Position numbers and translations under genes: made by a program
Notes under the pieces: generated by a model
The model's input: the letters and a program-made list of their open reading frames with translations, nothing else
Told to the model about the DNA's origin: nothing
Database searches by the model: none
NCBI GenBank assembly: GCA_021792255.1
Contig: JAJYUZ010000004.1
Coordinates: 32,001-96,000, forward strand
Origin: Thermoplasmata archaeon
Lineage (GTDB): Archaea > Thermoplasmatota > Thermoplasmata > Thermoplasmatales > GCA-001856825
DNA length: 64,000 nucleotides
Direction of reading: 5' to 3'
Part shown: positions 9,982 through 22,424 of the stretch, piece after piece
Layout of the letters: each line of letters opens with the position of its first letter
Numbering within the stretch: position 1 is the stretch's first letter

Positions 9982-10466
9982 AACATCAAAAAATGTTGAT
10001 AGCTTTAATAGCAGTGACCGTAGTAGTCTTGACTGTTTCTGGATTTGCAGTGACATTTTACCCTGATCAAGAATCTCGAGTACTATTTAGTACTGGAACT
10101 CTAGTTATAGGGAATGGAGGGGAACTTTACGGTTTCACTGTGTATAAAAACATGACCAATGTTCACATCAGTGGGACTTTTGCTTCTAATAGCAGTGTTG
10201 ATTTTGTAATAGGGTACATTGGTCAAAATCTTACGGGTGGCATTCCCGTAAAAGACGCATATATTGCTTACTACGTATGGTCTAGCGGTAACACCACGGG
10301 TAAAAGTATATCCGTCTCTCTTCCGGCTCTTTCGAACTCACAATTTGATGTTGTTTACGCCGTTGGTTTCACCCATGGAAGTGCAATGGCCAATTCTAAT
10401 GGCACTCTCGACATCGTAGAGATAAATGTAACAACTCCGATAGTTCTGACTTATTTATCTTCTTGA
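9978..10466 (+). CDS. membrane-anchored/exported hypothetical protein
   Basis: N-terminal basic plus hydrophobic segment, many NxS/T sequons, ATGA overlap with the upstream gene. Confidence 0.7.
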   Translation: MKHQKMLIALIAVTVVVLTVSGFAVTFYPDQESRVLFSTGTLVIGNGGELYGFTVYKNMTNVHISGTFASNSSVDFVIGYIGQNLTGGIPVKDAYIAYYVWSSGNTTGKSISVSLPALSNSQFDVVYAVGFTHGSAMANSNGTLDIVEINVTTPIVLTYLSS

Positions 10467-10844
10467 AATTTTGCTCGTATCTTCTGATGAGATTCCTGTA
10501 CCGCCCAAATAATCAACTTTTAAGGGGAAAGGGCCGAATGTATAATTCCTTCTAGAGAAGCAGACAAGAGACGAGATAATCAATAAAGAAAGCTATGACA
10601 TAATTCGAGCACGAATCAGGAGACATTAAACAAAATGTGGAGTTCGGTAGTTGTCGAAATAACGGACACCTTTTCTTTACAGATAGTAAGAGTACCTACA
10701 GGTTCTTTGTGCGATTCAAGTGTCATTACCAGGTCTGGATAAAGAGCAGTAGCTCGTTTGTCCACACTAACCCGATACAGATGCTCTGGGATTCTAAACA
10801 ATATTTTTCTTCAAATTCAAATAGGTGGTCAGAATTTCATTCGA

Positions 10845-11651
10845 TTGGTAAAACTCATAGACGATCGTGACAAGGAAGTGAGTGTTCCGGAAGAAATAAA
10901 AAGAATAATCAGCCTTAGTCCCGCAATAACAGAGATTCTCTTCGAACTAGGATTCGGTAGTAAAGTTGTCGGAGTCACCCCATTCTGTGTCAGGCCAGCA
11001 GAAGCGATGAAGAAGAAGAAAGTTGCGAGTTATGGTTATGCGAGCACAGAACAGTTCCAAAAACTCAAACCCGATCTCATACTGACGGTGACGGGATATC
11101 AGAATGCCGTCGCAGACCAGCTCGCTTCACACTTCAGCACATTTTCATTCGGGTTGCCTTCTTCACTCTCGGGGGTGATAGATCTCGTTACCAAAGTAGC
11201 CGTGGTGACGGGGCAAGAGGAGAAGGGAAGAGACATCGAAAGACAACTATGGGAAAGTATGAAAAGACTAAGAGTTGGAAGAAAGAAGGACGTGTACTTT
11301 GAGTGTGATCTAGGAGGATCGGTGACGTTTGGATCCCTTTCGTACATCACCGACGTACTTGGTTTCATGAATTTCAGATCCATCTACTCTGGAGTTCCAA
11401 AAGAATGGCTGCCTCCAGACTTCGATCTGGTCAAAAAAGAAGATCCAGATTACATAATTTTGGAACCCAAGATGTTTTCTAAGAGAGCTGAGGATTTGGT
11501 CGAAAGACTAATAGCCAACAGGGGATGGCAAAATCTGTCCGCATACCAGAATAAAAGAGTTTACCTAACTCCAGGAATGTACGACTTTTTCGCTCATCAC
11601 GGACCATCTCTGATTAGGGAGGTCCTTCCCTGGCTCGAACAGATCGAATGA
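10845..11651 (+). CDS. BtuF/FepB-like helical-backbone metal/cobalamin-binding protein (start refined to TTG 10845)
   Basis: KRIISLSPAITEILFELG, VVGVT, LKPDLIL, EDPDYII, WQNLSAYQNKRVY. Confidence 0.82.
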   Translation: MVKLIDDRDKEVSVPEEIKRIISLSPAITEILFELGFGSKVVGVTPFCVRPAEAMKKKKVASYGYASTEQFQKLKPDLILTVTGYQNAVADQLASHFSTFSFGLPSSLSGVIDLVTKVAVVTGQEEKGRDIERQLWESMKRLRVGRKKDVYFECDLGGSVTFGSLSYITDVLGFMNFRSIYSGVPKEWLPPDFDLVKKEDPDYIILEPKMFSKRAEDLVERLIANRGWQNLSAYQNKRVYLTPGMYDFFAHHGPSLIREVLPWLEQIE

Positions 11652-11914
11652 GTCGATAAAACAATTCCCAGGATGAACAACGATGCCTTCAACCAAAATG
11701 CTTCCATGAGGTTGAAGCTCTCCTGCTTAAATGAGGAAATAATATTTTTATATGAAAATAGCAACAGAAACACAAAGAATATGTATGACAAATAGATAAG
11801 GTTGAGCAATTCCAGAGGTTAAAAATGAGTTTGTATCAAAATTCAACCATAGCGGGGGCTAAAAGCTTTGGATTGCTGGAGGGCTAGATTTTTACGGCTA
11901 AGTACAATATATTA

Positions 11915-12148
11915 ATGCACGAGATGGTTCCGGAGCACTGGTTGATTCCCGTCAAAGAGGAAGAGAAGATTTTGAAGTTACTGGGAGTCGCCAAGGGGCA
12001 ACTGCCAAAAATTAGAAAATCAGACCCAGTTATAAAGACTCTGGAAAAGGTAGAAGGGGAAATTGTTCCCGGCAGAATCATACAGATAGTGAGGAAGAGC
12101 AGGACCAGAGGAATCGCCAAGATATATAGAACCGTGATAGGTGAATAA
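11915..12148 (+). CDS. rpoH: DNA-directed RNA polymerase subunit H (Rpo5)
   Basis: HEMVPEH, QLPKIRKSDP, RKSRT, YRTV. Confidence 0.97.
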   Translation: MHEMVPEHWLIPVKEEEKILKLLGVAKGQLPKIRKSDPVIKTLEKVEGEIVPGRIIQIVRKSRTRGIAKIYRTVIGE

Positions 12149-12151
12149 TAG

Positions 12152-15100
12152 ATGTATAGTATCTTGAACACGTTTTTTAAAGAGATGGAAGTAGTCAACC
12201 ATCAACTAGTTTCTTACAACGATTTTATTCCCACCGATGATAACTCAGATTCTGGAATGCAACGGGTATTCGACACTCTTAGAGTGACGGAAGATGACTT
12301 ACCTGGAGAGATGAAGTTAGACAGGTCCAAAACCGGCGGACTTGACATAAGGATAAGATTTGGACGACCAAAGAACTCAGAGAGTCCAGAACCGACAGTT
12401 TCCATAGAACTGCCAAAAATCAGGGAGCCAACCGGCTCCGAAAATTACATAACTCCGCTCGAGGCAAGACTGAGAGACCTAAACTACATGGCTCCACTAT
12501 TCCTAGATTTCACAGTTCTCGAAGAAGATAATGAAGTCAGGAATGAGAAGATCAAGATTGGGGAATTCCCAGTAATGGTAAGGTCCAAGATTTGCATACT
12601 TCATAAAAACAATACAGACGAGTTCATAAGGAGGATCAATCTAAGAAAAGACGAAAGGATCAGGGGTATGACAGAAGATGAGCTACTTTCCCTTCCATAC
12701 GAAAAGAAGCTTCAGCTCCTGGGAGAGGATCCCCAGGATGCTGGCGGTTACTTTATAATCGGAGGAACCGAAAGGACTCTGATATCGATGGAAGATCTGG
12801 CACCCAACAAGATTATAGTAGAGTACGAGGAGAAGTACGATTCGAGGGTAGAAGTCGCAAAGATATTCTCTCAGAAGGAAGGCTACAGGGCATTGATTGC
12901 AGTTGAGAGGAAGGCAGATGGTATTCTGACGGTTTCAGTACCTTCCATAGCAGGAACTATTCCGCTCGTCGTCCTCATGAAGGCGCTGGGCGTCGACAAA
13001 GATAAAGACATTTATGACTCTATCGTGACGGACGAGAGGATGATCCCGATCGTCCTAGCTAACATAGAGGATTCTGAAAATACAGAGCTGTACCCTCCCA
13101 CCGGTATTATGAGCGAAAGAGACGCTATCAATTATCTTGAGAAAAGGTTCGCAGCAGGACAGGCTAAGGAATTCAGGGAAAAGAAAATGTCTCAGATTCT
13201 GGACAAGAATCTCCTTCCTCATCTTGGTGACAGCTTGCAGGACAGAACAAAGAAGGGAATATATCTGGGAAGGATGGCAAGGGCCTTGCTGGAGTTGTAT
13301 CTGGGAGTTAGAAAGGAAGACGACAAAGATCACCTCGCCAACAAGAGAATAAAACTGTCTGGAGATTTGCTAGAGGAACTTTTCAGAAGCTCTGCTCAAG
13401 CTCTTCTCAAGGACCTCAAAGGACAGCTTGAAAAGACTTACAACAGGAAGAGGGGAATAAGGCTCAACGCTGCGGTCAGGCAGGACGTTCTCAACGAGAA
13501 ATTGAAACACGCAATATCAACAGGAAACTGGATAGGAGGGAGAACAGGAGTTTCACAACTTCTCGAACGAACTTCTTACATAGCTACTCTCTCACACCTT
13601 AGAAGAATATCTTCTCCACTCACGAGATCGCAACCACACTTTGAGGCTAGAGACCTTCACCCCACTCAATGGGGAAGGATGTGCCCCAACGAAACTCCAG
13701 AAGGGCAGAACTGCGGACTGGTGAAGAATGCAAGTTTGGTCATAGATATCACTGAAGGTTATCCAGAAGAAAATATCATAGAAATGCTGAAGAAGATGGG
13801 CCTGGAAGAGATACTTGGTGAGAGACCAGGGCTGTCAAGAATTTATGTAAACGGAAACCTGATAGGTTATCACAAGGACGGGCAAAGCGTTGTTTCTGAT
13901 ATACGCAAAAAGAGAAGATCCGGGAATCTCTCGAGCCAGGTTAACATTAGATTTGATGATACGACCAACGAGGTCATTATAAACACGGACAAGGGAAGGA
14001 TAAGAAGGCCCCTTGTAGTAGCGTACAATGGCAAGATAAAATTCAATTCGACGATGAGGGAAAACCTCATTTCAGGCAAAATGGGAATTAAGGATCTGAT
14101 ATCAAACGGGGTCATAGAATGGCTCGACGCAGAAGAGGAGGAGAATTCATTAGTTGCAATCTATCCTTACGAGAAACCGCTAAAATGTCCAAACTGCGGA
14201 ACCTACCTCTACAGTGATCTCACAGAATGGACCAATCCAGGAGAGGAATCAGTCAAGCTTAAGTGCCTGAAGTGTAACAATCAATTTGAGGGAAAGAAGA
14301 GCTACGGGCAAGAGCACACCCACATGGAGATAGATCCGATGATGATTCAGGGAGTGGTCGTCGGCGTGATTCCATATGCGGAACACAACCAGTCGCCGAG
14401 GGTCACCATGGGCGCGGCGATGACAAAACAATCTCTAGGACTTTCGTCCTCAAATTACCGGCTGAGGCCTGATACAAGGGGACACGTTCTTCACTATCCG
14501 CAGAAGCCTCTCGTGACGACTGGTGCGGCTAGGTACATAAAGTACAACAGGAGACCATCGGGTCAGAACGCGGTAGTCGCCCTGATATCGTACCACAACT
14601 ACAACATTCAGGACGCCGTGATTGTGAACAAGGCATCCGTGGAGAGAGGATTTGGAAGATCCGCCTTCTTCAGGACCTACAAGGCAGAAGAGAAAAGATA
14701 CCCTGGTGGTCAGGAGGATAAATTTGAGATTCCTCCGCCCGAAGTCAGAGGCGTCAGAAGCGAAGAGTCCTACAGGAACATAGATGAAAATGGAATGGTG
14801 TCCCCAGAGACTTACGTTTCAGGAGGAGACGTAATCGTAGGAAAAACTTCTCCGCCGAGGTTCATGGAAGAAGAGCAAAAGATATCGATCCAAAAGAGAA
14901 GGGAAAGCTCTATTACAAATAGGTCGGGAGAAACAGGGCACATAGATTCGGTTATCCTGACGGTATCTGAGAATAACAGCAGGCTACTAAAGGTCAAAGT
15001 AAGGGACGACAGGATTCCAGAGCTCGGTGACAAATTCGCAAGCAGACACGGACAGAAGGGTGTGATAGGGGCTATCATACCTCAGGAAGACATGCCATTC

Positions 15101-15769
15101 ACAGAGGATGGTGTAATCCCTGACCTGATAATCAATCCCCATTCCATTCCGAGCAGAATGACAGTCGGTCACCTCCTAGAGACCATTGGGGGGAAAGTGG
15201 GTGCCCTTGAAGGGAGATCCATTAATGGTACCGTTTTCGAAGGGGAACCTGAGGAATCCCTGAGGGAATCTCTGGAGAGAAACGGATTCAAGTTTTCTGG
15301 AAGAGAGACGATGTACGATGGAGTGACGGGAAGGAAATTCAGGGCCGATATATTCATCGGAGTTGTCTACTATCAAAAACTCCACCACATGGTCGCCGGG
15401 AAATTCCACGCAAGGTCTAGAGGGCCAGTCCAGATTCTGACTAGGCAGCCAACAGAGGGAAGGTCAAGACAGGGAGGACTTAGGTTTGGAGAAATGGAGA
15501 GAGATACTCTCATTGGCCACGGTGCAGCCATGGCAATCAAGGATAGACTACTGGATCAGAGCGACGGATTTGCAGTTTATGTCTGCGGTGACCCAGACTG
15601 TGGTCACGTGGCAGTCTACGACTACAAGACTCACCAACTCAGGTGCCCGGTCTGCGGAAACACAAGCAACATCAGGCCGGTCGAAACGAGCTATGCGTTC
15701 AAACTGATGAGGGACGAACTGATGTCACTTGGTGTTGTCATGAGATTAAGGCTGGGTGATCTTAAATGA
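12152..15769 (+). CDS. rpoB: DNA-directed RNA polymerase subunit B (Rpo2), unsplit
   Basis: [46 protein letters not shown]. Confidence 0.99.
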   Translation: MYSILNTFFKEMEVVNHQLVSYNDFIPTDDNSDSGMQRVFDTLRVTEDDLPGEMKLDRSKTGGLDIRIRFGRPKNSESPEPTVSIELPKIREPTGSENYITPLEARLRDLNYMAPLFLDFTVLEEDNEVRNEKIKIGEFPVMVRSKICILHKNNTDEFIRRINLRKDERIRGMTEDELLSLPYEKKLQLLGEDPQDAGGYFIIGGTERTLISMEDLAPNKIIVEYEEKYDSRVEVAKIFSQKEGYRALIAVERKADGILTVSVPSIAGTIPLVVLMKALGVDKDKDIYDSIVTDERMIPIVLANIEDSENTELYPPTGIMSERDAINYLEKRFAAGQAKEFREKKMSQILDKNLLPHLGDSLQDRTKKGIYLGRMARALLELYLGVRKEDDKDHLANKRIKLSGDLLEELFRSSAQALLKDLKGQLEKTYNRKRGIRLNAAVRQDVLNEKLKHAISTGNWIGGRTGVSQLLERTSYIATLSHLRRISSPLTRSQPHFEARDLHPTQWGRMCPNETPEGQNCGLVKNASLVIDITEGYPEENIIEMLKKMGLEEILGERPGLSRIYVNGNLIGYHKDGQSVVSDIRKKRRSGNLSSQVNIRFDDTTNEVIINTDKGRIRRPLVVAYNGKIKFNSTMRENLISGKMGIKDLISNGVIEWLDAEEEENSLVAIYPYEKPLKCPNCGTYLYSDLTEWTNPGEESVKLKCLKCNNQFEGKKSYGQEHTHMEIDPMMIQGVVVGVIPYAEHNQSPRVTMGAAMTKQSLGLSSSNYRLRPDTRGHVLHYPQKPLVTTGAARYIKYNRRPSGQNAVVALISYHNYNIQDAVIVNKASVERGFGRSAFFRTYKAEEKRYPGGQEDKFEIPPPEVRGVRSEESYRNIDENGMVSPETYVSGGDVIVGKTSPPRFMEEEQKISIQKRRESSITNRSGETGHIDSVILTVSENNSRLLKVKVRDDRIPELGDKFASRHGQKGVIGAIIPQEDMPFTEDGVIPDLIINPHSIPSRMTVGHLLETIGGKVGALEGRSINGTVFEGEPEESLRESLERNGFKFSGRETMYDGVTGRKFRADIFIGVVYYQKLHHMVAGKFHARSRGPVQILTRQPTEGRSRQGGLRFGEMERDTLIGHGAAMAIKDRLLDQSDGFAVYVCGDPDCGHVAVYDYKTHQLRCPVCGNTSNIRPVETSYAFKLMRDELMSLGVVMRLRLGDLK

Positions 15770-18414
15770 AGGTAGAGATTTCAAAGGGAATTGAGGAACT
15801 AAAATTCGCACTGCTATCCCCAGAAGAGATCAGAAGAATGTCTTCAGTAAAGGTGATAACTCCAGACACCTATGATGACGATGGTTATCCAATAGAAAAG
15901 GGACTTATGGACCCCTCAATGGGAGTGATCGAACCGGGACTGAAGTGCAAAACGTGTGGCGGCAAGGTCGATCAGTGCCCTGGACACTTTGGGCACATTG
16001 AGCTGGCCATGCCTGTAGTGCACATAGGATTCATCAAGGAAATATACTCGATTCTTTCAAGCACCTGTTCTAACTGTGGAAGGATAAAACTTCCGGAAGA
16101 GAAGCTGAAAGAATACTTCCTGAGGATACAGGATACCAATAACAGACTGAGTGACATTGAATACGATGACATAGTATCGGAGGTAGAATCCGACGCCTCT
16201 GAGGTAGTCATATGTCCTCACTGTCATTTTGAAAATCAGAAAGTGGCCCTCGACAAGCCCACGACTTTCAGAGAAGAGGGAAAGAAGCTGACCCCAAAGG
16301 AAATCAGGGAGAGATTTGAGAAGATACAGAAGGACGATCTGCCCCTGATCGGACTTGACCCGAAAGTGGCCAGACCGGAATGGATGATCCTGACCGTTTT
16401 CCCAGTTCCCCCAGTCAACGTAAGACCGACCATAACTCTCGAAACAGGAGAAAGGAGTGAGGATGATCTTACTCACAAGCTCGTGGATGTAATCAGAATC
16501 AACCAGAGACTCAGAGAGAACAGGGATCAGGGAAGCCCCCAACTTATCATTGAGGATCTTTGGGATTTGCTGCAGTATCACGTCACAACTTACTTCGACA
16601 ATCAGACTCCGGGCACTCCTCCCGCAAGGCACAGGTCCGGAAGATCGCTGAAGACACTTGTTCAGAGACTGAAAGGCAAGGAGGGGAGATTCAGGAGCAA
16701 TCTTTCGGGCAAGAGGGTCAATTTTTCTGCTAGGACTGTCATCAGTCCAGAGCCTTTCCTATCCATAAATCAGGTCGGCGTTCCTGCGAAGGCCGCAAGG
16801 GAGCTTACAGTGACAGAAACGGTGACCCAACACAATTTCGAGAAGTTGAAGGAGCTAATCAAGAACGGACCAGGTAAGGAGGAAGAGGTCTATCGTCCAG
16901 GAGTCAACTACGTTTACAGGGCCGATGGAAGTAGGATCAAGATATCCGACAAGAATGCCAGTGAAGTAGCGGAAAAGATGGAACTGGGGTGGCAAGTAGA
17001 AAGGCAGCTGGAAGACGGGGATATAGTTCTGTTCAACAGACAGCCGAGCCTCCACAGAATGTCAATGATGGCGCACGAAGTGAAAGTTCTGCCATACAGA
17101 ACGTTCAGGTTTAATCTCGCAGTCTGCGCTCCATACAATGCTGATTTCGACGGGGACGAAATGAATCTCCACGTTCTCCAGAGTCAGGAAGCGAGGGCCG
17201 AAGCAGAGATACTGATGAAGGTCCAAGAGAATTTCCTCTCGCCAAGATTTGGAGGACCTATAATGGGAGCCATACACGATCACATCACAGCTTTGTTCTT
17301 GCTCACGTACAGGAATCCGTTGATTCCACTCGAAGCCGGACTGCACATTATGAGTTATGTCAATGTAAGTCATACTCCAGAACCAGTGGAGATCGATGGA
17401 AAGAAGTACTTCAGGGGGAGGGACATATTTTCACTGATTCTGCCTGAGGGAGTAAATCTCGAGTTTAGAGGAAAGCTTGGAGACAAGAGCCTCGATCCAA
17501 ATGGTACGGAGGGTACCATAAGGATAGAGGACAGCAAGCTTGTAAACGGCGCAATAGACGAAAATGCAATTGGACAGTCGAAGGGTGCTCTGCTCGACTA
17601 TGTTCTGAGAAAATACGGTAATGCAGAAGGGGCGAAATTCTTGGATAATCTCACCAGACTCGCAGCAGGGGCCATAAGTTACACCGGTTTTTCCACTGGG
17701 ATAGACGACGAAGACGTCCCAGGAGAAGCGAAAGCTCAGCTCAGGGAGGTAGGTAACGAATCTGTTCAAAAGGTCGAAAAGCTGATCGAGAATTATAAGG
17801 CCGGACTAATCGGAATGGAACCCGGCAAGACTCTTGAGGATACATTAGAATCGATGGTAATGAAGGTCCTTTCGCAGGCAAGGGAAAAGAGTTCTGAGAT
17901 CGCTTCACACTACCTGGGAATGGATAACTCGACCGTCATAATGGCAAGGTCAGGTGCAAGGGCTAACATGATGAATCTTGCCCAGATGGCAGGTATCATA
18001 GGTCAGCAGAGTATCAGGGGACAGAGGCAGCACAGAGGTTATACTAACAGGACTCTCCCGCACTTTGAGAAGGGAGACATAGGGGCATATGCGAGAGGAT
18101 TTGTAAGTTCTTCGTACAAGGAGGGTCTCAACCCAACCGAATATTTCTTCCACGCAACAGGAGGAAGAGAAGGTCTCGTCGATATCGCCGTAAGAACGTC
18201 GAGGTCCGGTTATATGCAGAGAAGACTGATCAATGCCCTTGAAGATCTCAAGGTCTCTGAAGATGGAAGGGTACTCGACACGGAGAACTCCGTAATTCAA
18301 CTGGAGTACGGGGAAGATGGAACAGATCCGTCCCGATCTTTCGAGGGAGAATCGGTCAACGTGAACTACCTGATCAAAGAGATGTTTGGCAATAAGTATG
18401 GAGGGAAAAAATGA
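15766..18414 (+). CDS. rpoA1: DNA-directed RNA polymerase subunit A' (Rpo1N)
   Basis: [17 protein letters not shown], catalytic [18 protein letters not shown]. Confidence 0.99.
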   Translation: MKVEISKGIEELKFALLSPEEIRRMSSVKVITPDTYDDDGYPIEKGLMDPSMGVIEPGLKCKTCGGKVDQCPGHFGHIELAMPVVHIGFIKEIYSILSSTCSNCGRIKLPEEKLKEYFLRIQDTNNRLSDIEYDDIVSEVESDASEVVICPHCHFENQKVALDKPTTFREEGKKLTPKEIRERFEKIQKDDLPLIGLDPKVARPEWMILTVFPVPPVNVRPTITLETGERSEDDLTHKLVDVIRINQRLRENRDQGSPQLIIEDLWDLLQYHVTTYFDNQTPGTPPARHRSGRSLKTLVQRLKGKEGRFRSNLSGKRVNFSARTVISPEPFLSINQVGVPAKAARELTVTETVTQHNFEKLKELIKNGPGKEEEVYRPGVNYVYRADGSRIKISDKNASEVAEKMELGWQVERQLEDGDIVLFNRQPSLHRMSMMAHEVKVLPYRTFRFNLAVCAPYNADFDGDEMNLHVLQSQEARAEAEILMKVQENFLSPRFGGPIMGAIHDHITALFLLTYRNPLIPLEAGLHIMSYVNVSHTPEPVEIDGKKYFRGRDIFSLILPEGVNLEFRGKLGDKSLDPNGTEGTIRIEDSKLVNGAIDENAIGQSKGALLDYVLRKYGNAEGAKFLDNLTRLAAGAISYTGFSTGIDDEDVPGEAKAQLREVGNESVQKVEKLIENYKAGLIGMEPGKTLEDTLESMVMKVLSQAREKSSEIASHYLGMDNSTVIMARSGARANMMNLAQMAGIIGQQSIRGQRQHRGYTNRTLPHFEKGDIGAYARGFVSSSYKEGLNPTEYFFHATGGREGLVDIAVRTSRSGYMQRRLINALEDLKVSEDGRVLDTENSVIQLEYGEDGTDPSRSFEGESVNVNYLIKEMFGNKYGGKK

Positions 18415-19952
18415 CGACTCTAGCGTGGAAGGACACACTCAAGAAGGTGAAGGAGATCATAGACAAGGCGCCTATAGGTTACTGCCTTGACTATGAAATA
18501 CCTGCCGAGAAATCGATGAAGGAGGCGCTGATCACCGTTACTGGGAAGACATTTGTCGCAAAGGCAAAGATATCGAAAATTACTCCTTACAAGAACGAGA
18601 AGAATATTCTAAAAAAGAAGAAAGACAAACTGAAGACCCTGGTAATGATAGAAAAGATAGAAGAGATCCAAGACGACATTGTAAACTACGAGGAAGTGAA
18701 TGGAGAATCGATTGACAAGATTCTTTCATTTGCGATTCTCACCCGAAAGGAAGAAGCCAAGATTGAGTTAAGGGAGCCGATGGAGGGGAAGCTGAGCGGT
18801 GAGGTCAAGAGTGTTCTCAGACAAGTCGAAAAGGAGGGAAACAGCCTGCCAATCAAAATTGCAGAGCAACTTGCAAATGCAAAGAAGCAGTACAATATCG
18901 GAGAAAAGGACTTTGACAAGCTGTTGAAGGTCACAGTCGAAAAGTACAAAGAGACGGAAGTTGACCCATTTGAGGCCGTAGGAATCGTCGGAGCGCAGAG
19001 TATAGGCGAACCAGGTACGCAAATGACGATGAGAACTTTCCACTTTGCAGGAGTAGCTGAAATGGACGTGACTCTAGGTCTTCCCAGACTCATTGAAATC
19101 GTGGATGCCAGAAAGACTCCGAGCACTCCATCTATGACAATCTATCTCTCAGAGAAGGCAAAGGGCGACGAAGACAGGGCCGTGGGTCTCGCAAGATCGA
19201 TCGAAGCCACTACCCTCCTAGACATAGCAGACATCGAGGTCAACACGACAGAAGGCTTTGTTCTCATAATGCTCGACAAACAGAAAATGCAGGAGAGGGG
19301 ACTTAAGAGAGAAGAAATCCTTCCAAAGCTGAAGAAGATCAGGATGCAGAAGACGACCATCACGGAAGAAGAAAATGAGATAAAACTCTCGTTGGACGAG
19401 CCTTCATTCAAGAAAATATACCAGCTCTACGAGAGTCTGAAGACGTTCCAGGTCAAGGGCCTCGATGGTATTAGGAGGGCAATCGTCAAGTTCGATCAAA
19501 AGGCCAAGGAATGGGTTCTATATACTCAGGGATCGAATCTAGCAGGAGTACTCGAACTCAAGGATGTTGACTTTGCAAGGACCAAGACCAACGACATCAT
19601 AGAGATATCACAGGTTCTTGGAGTTGAAGCCGCACGAGAGGCAATAATAGAAGAGAGCACATCTACTCTTCACAATGCGGGGCTCAATACGGACATAAGG
19701 CATCTCATGCTCGTTGCCGACATGATGACTTTTTCAGGAACGGTGGAGGCGATTGGCAGGCACGGCATATCGGGGAAGAAGGCATCAGTCCTGGCGAGAG
19801 CAGCTTTCGAAATCACGAGCAAGCACCTTCTGAATGCTGGATTGATCGGGGAAGTGGACAGGCTTAACGGTGTCGCAGAAAATATTATAGTGGGACAACC
19901 GATAACCCTTGGCACAGGTGCAGTAAAACTTGCGTATAGGAGAGAGGAATAA
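18411..19952 (+). CDS. rpoA2: DNA-directed RNA polymerase subunit A'' (Rpo1C) with N-terminal extension
   Basis: [43 protein letters not shown]. Confidence 0.98.
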   Translation: MTTLAWKDTLKKVKEIIDKAPIGYCLDYEIPAEKSMKEALITVTGKTFVAKAKISKITPYKNEKNILKKKKDKLKTLVMIEKIEEIQDDIVNYEEVNGESIDKILSFAILTRKEEAKIELREPMEGKLSGEVKSVLRQVEKEGNSLPIKIAEQLANAKKQYNIGEKDFDKLLKVTVEKYKETEVDPFEAVGIVGAQSIGEPGTQMTMRTFHFAGVAEMDVTLGLPRLIEIVDARKTPSTPSMTIYLSEKAKGDEDRAVGLARSIEATTLLDIADIEVNTTEGFVLIMLDKQKMQERGLKREEILPKLKKIRMQKTTITEEENEIKLSLDEPSFKKIYQLYESLKTFQVKGLDGIRRAIVKFDQKAKEWVLYTQGSNLAGVLELKDVDFARTKTNDIIEISQVLGVEAAREAIIEESTSTLHNAGLNTDIRHLMLVADMMTFSGTVEAIGRHGISGKKASVLARAAFEITSKHLLNAGLIGEVDRLNGVAENIIVGQPITLGTGAVKLAYRREE

Positions 19953-20228
19953 ATGGACTACAACTGGGAACTTGGAAGATTAAAGGAAACGGGAAAGTTT
20001 GTGCTTGGAGAAAAAGCTACTGAAAAATTGAGGAAGAAGGGAGGACTGAAGGCAGTCGTCTTTTCAAACGAACCACATCTCAAATCAAAGTTTGAAAACG
20101 TCGACATGGCAAAGTTCGTTGTTCCGATGAACTCGGTTCAGCTGGGCAATATTTTCGGTAAGCCATTCTCTGTTTCTGTCGTCGGGGTAGTAGATGCAGG
20201 CAGCTCTAAATTCCAGGAGAATGAGTAG
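19953..20228 (+). CDS. rpl30e: 50S ribosomal protein L30e
   Basis: TGKFVLG, LGNIFGKPFSVSVVGVVDAGSS; conserved position after rpoA''. Confidence 0.9.
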   Translation: MDYNWELGRLKETGKFVLGEKATEKLRKKGGLKAVVFSNEPHLKSKFENVDMAKFVVPMNSVQLGNIFGKPFSVSVVGVVDAGSSKFQENE

Positions 20229-20230
20229 AA

Positions 20231-20662
20231 TTGGGTGAAATAACACTCGATACCCGAAGTCTAGATCTTATACAACACTTTGAGAAGTCTATCGGTCTAC
20301 CTGTCAAGGACGTGATGGAGACCGATGACGTAATTTTTTACGTTCTGGAAAAGGGGGGAACATATAAGCTCTTCACGAACGATGACAAAAAGAAAGGACT
20401 GGAGAGAATAAAAGAAAGCGTCAAGAAGAGGGTAAACGTACTCGACTTCTCTCCGGAACCAGAACAATTTTTCAGGAACCTTTTTTATAGGTACAAAGTG
20501 GTCTCGCTCAACATCACGGCAGGAGAAAGCGGTTACGTTGTGAACGTGAAAGTAGACCCCAACTATAAGGCGTCTGCAATCGGGAAAGAAGCAAAGAACC
20601 TGAAGACTGCCATGCAGCTCGCAAAGAGACATTTCACCATCGCTCGACTTTTCATAGAATAG
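20231..20662 (+). CDS. nusA: archaeal NusA (KH-domain transcription factor)
   Basis: AIGKEAKNLKTA...KRHF; conserved position after rpl30e. Confidence 0.88.
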   Translation: MGEITLDTRSLDLIQHFEKSIGLPVKDVMETDDVIFYVLEKGGTYKLFTNDDKKKGLERIKESVKKRVNVLDFSPEPEQFFRNLFYRYKVVSLNITAGESGYVVNVKVDPNYKASAIGKEAKNLKTAMQLAKRHFTIARLFIE

Positions 20663-20705
20663 ACCTTTCCTACAGATTCCAGCCGAACCAAGAGACGAAA
20701 GCTCT

Positions 20706-20936
20706 CTATTTTGTCGATAAAGAATCCTCCAATATTTCTATAATCTTCTTCTGAGAGGTGGCGCCAGTGACGATTCTTATTCTCGACTGTGACACAGAAT
20801 AATATCTCGAAAGCTGCTTTATCACATCCATGTTTGCCCTGTTGTTTTTTCTTTTCTCCTGAGTATGAACGATCAAGATTCCGTTCCTCTCTTCTATTGG
20901 ATCGTTCCCCGGACGTACCAAGACTCTGTGTCTCAT
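20706..20936 (-). CDS. DUF167/YggU family protein
   Basis: NNRANMDVIKQLSRYY, IRIVTGATSQKKIIEI. Confidence 0.85.
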   Translation of the reverse strand: MRHRVLVRPGNDPIEERNGILIVHTQEKRKNNRANMDVIKQLSRYYSVSQSRIRIVTGATSQKKIIEILEDSLSTK

Positions 20937-21130
20937 TTTATCACAATCTGGAACGGATATATCCTCTTTTCAGATTTCAATACAAGTCTGCATACTTGAC
21001 CGGCCCAATTGCGTACCCATACCGGATCATTTAATTGCATCGTATTTCCGCCGTCTTTACCATACAATGAGACAGTCAAGAAAGGACGGAACGGAATCCA
21101 AGAGGTCGATGTTCGAATGAGGATTGGCAC

Positions 21131-22315
21131 TTATGCTTTCTTTGTCATTGGTCTTCCTATGAGATAGAACTCTGAACTTCCCACGATCTTGACTCTCGTA
21201 TTGTCTCCCAGCTTTCCCTTATTCAAAATCACTGGATGATAGCTCTGATCCCTTGCGATAAAAGTGTTGTTCTTTCCAGGCTCCATGAGTCTGACTTCAG
21301 TTTTCCTGTTGACAAAGCGCTCGAGTGACTCTTTAGAAATATCTCTGTGGAGTTCCGTAAGTATTTGAGTCCACAGTGCGGTCTGATTGCTAGGGGGAGT
21401 TTTCCAGGCATAAGCAGCCGTACCTGGTCGAGGTGAATACTTTGTGACATTGAGAATTTCCGGTTTAACCTCCCTTACCACATCCGCCGTTGCTCTGAGG
21501 CCCTCTACGGTCTCGTATGGAAAACCCACTATGACGTCAGTGCTCAACATTCCCTCGGGGAATGAATGTCTGAACTTCCTCACGATCTCAACAAACTTCT
21601 CCACTTTGTACTGTCTTCCCATCTTCCTTAAAACCAATGGATCACCGCTCTGAAAAGGAATGTGTAGGAACCTGTACACCTTTTCGGATCTCATCACCAT
21701 TAACAATTCGTCTATGATAGAACTCGCGTTTTCGGGCTCCATCATTCCCACTCTGACTCTAAAATCACCCTCTAGATCGGTAATTTTGCGAACCAAACGT
21801 GGCAAAGTTTCGGATTTATCTTGCCCGTAAGACCCCGTATCCAACGCCGTCAGGCGTATTTCCTTTGCCCCTTTTTTGACGATTTCCTTTATACCTTGTA
21901 GTATAGTTTCTTCATCGAAGCTCTTGAGTCTTCCCCTAGCAATTCTAGAAATGCAGAATGAGCATCCTCCATCACACCCTTCAGCTATTGGTACTCCAAC
22001 ACTCAGATTTCCTTCCTTCAGAACTGGAAGTTTTCCATAGGATTCGGAAAAATCAATCTTCCTCACTTCCTTCAAAGGGAAATGCGTCAGGCACCCAGAG
22101 ACAAGAACCTCTTTTCCACCTCTCCTTATCTCTTCTATCCTTCTCATCATTCTGTCCTCGGTGTGTTTAATGACTACGCACGTCGATAGAAGGACAGTAT
22201 CCGCGGATTCCATATCCCACACCAGCTGATTCCCCTGAGAAACGAGCGAACTGGCTATCATCTCGCCCTGTGCCTGGTTGAGAGTACAACCGTAGTTCTC
22301 TAGGAAGAACTTCAT
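21131..22315 (-). CDS. tRNA t6A37 methylthiotransferase (MtaB/CDKAL1-like radical SAM)
   Basis: NYGCTLNQ, STCVV, CDGGCSFC, HIPFQSG, STDVIVGFP, YSPRPGT, C-terminal TRAM. Confidence 0.92.
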   Translation of the reverse strand: MKFFLENYGCTLNQAQGEMIASSLVSQGNQLVWDMESADTVLLSTCVVIKHTEDRMMRRIEEIRRGGKEVLVSGCLTHFPLKEVRKIDFSESYGKLPVLKEGNLSVGVPIAEGCDGGCSFCISRIARGRLKSFDEETILQGIKEIVKKGAKEIRLTALDTGSYGQDKSETLPRLVRKITDLEGDFRVRVGMMEPENASSIIDELLMVMRSEKVYRFLHIPFQSGDPLVLRKMGRQYKVEKFVEIVRKFRHSFPEGMLSTDVIVGFPYETVEGLRATADVVREVKPEILNVTKYSPRPGTAAYAWKTPPSNQTALWTQILTELHRDISKESLERFVNRKTEVRLMEPGKNNTFIARDQSYHPVILNKGKLGDNTRVKIVGSSEFYLIGRPMTKKA

Positions 22316-22424
22316 TTATGATCACTTGATTGTGAGGTAAGCAACAATTGATAGAAAATTCTAACGACAATTTTGGAGTGAAAATCGTGAAACAAGATTA
22401 TAAGTCAAGAACGAGTAAACATTC

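Noticed and set aside
20933-21130. 65-aa ORF filling the gap between the methylthiotransferase and DUF167
   Set aside because: No recognisable motif; coding status cannot be supported
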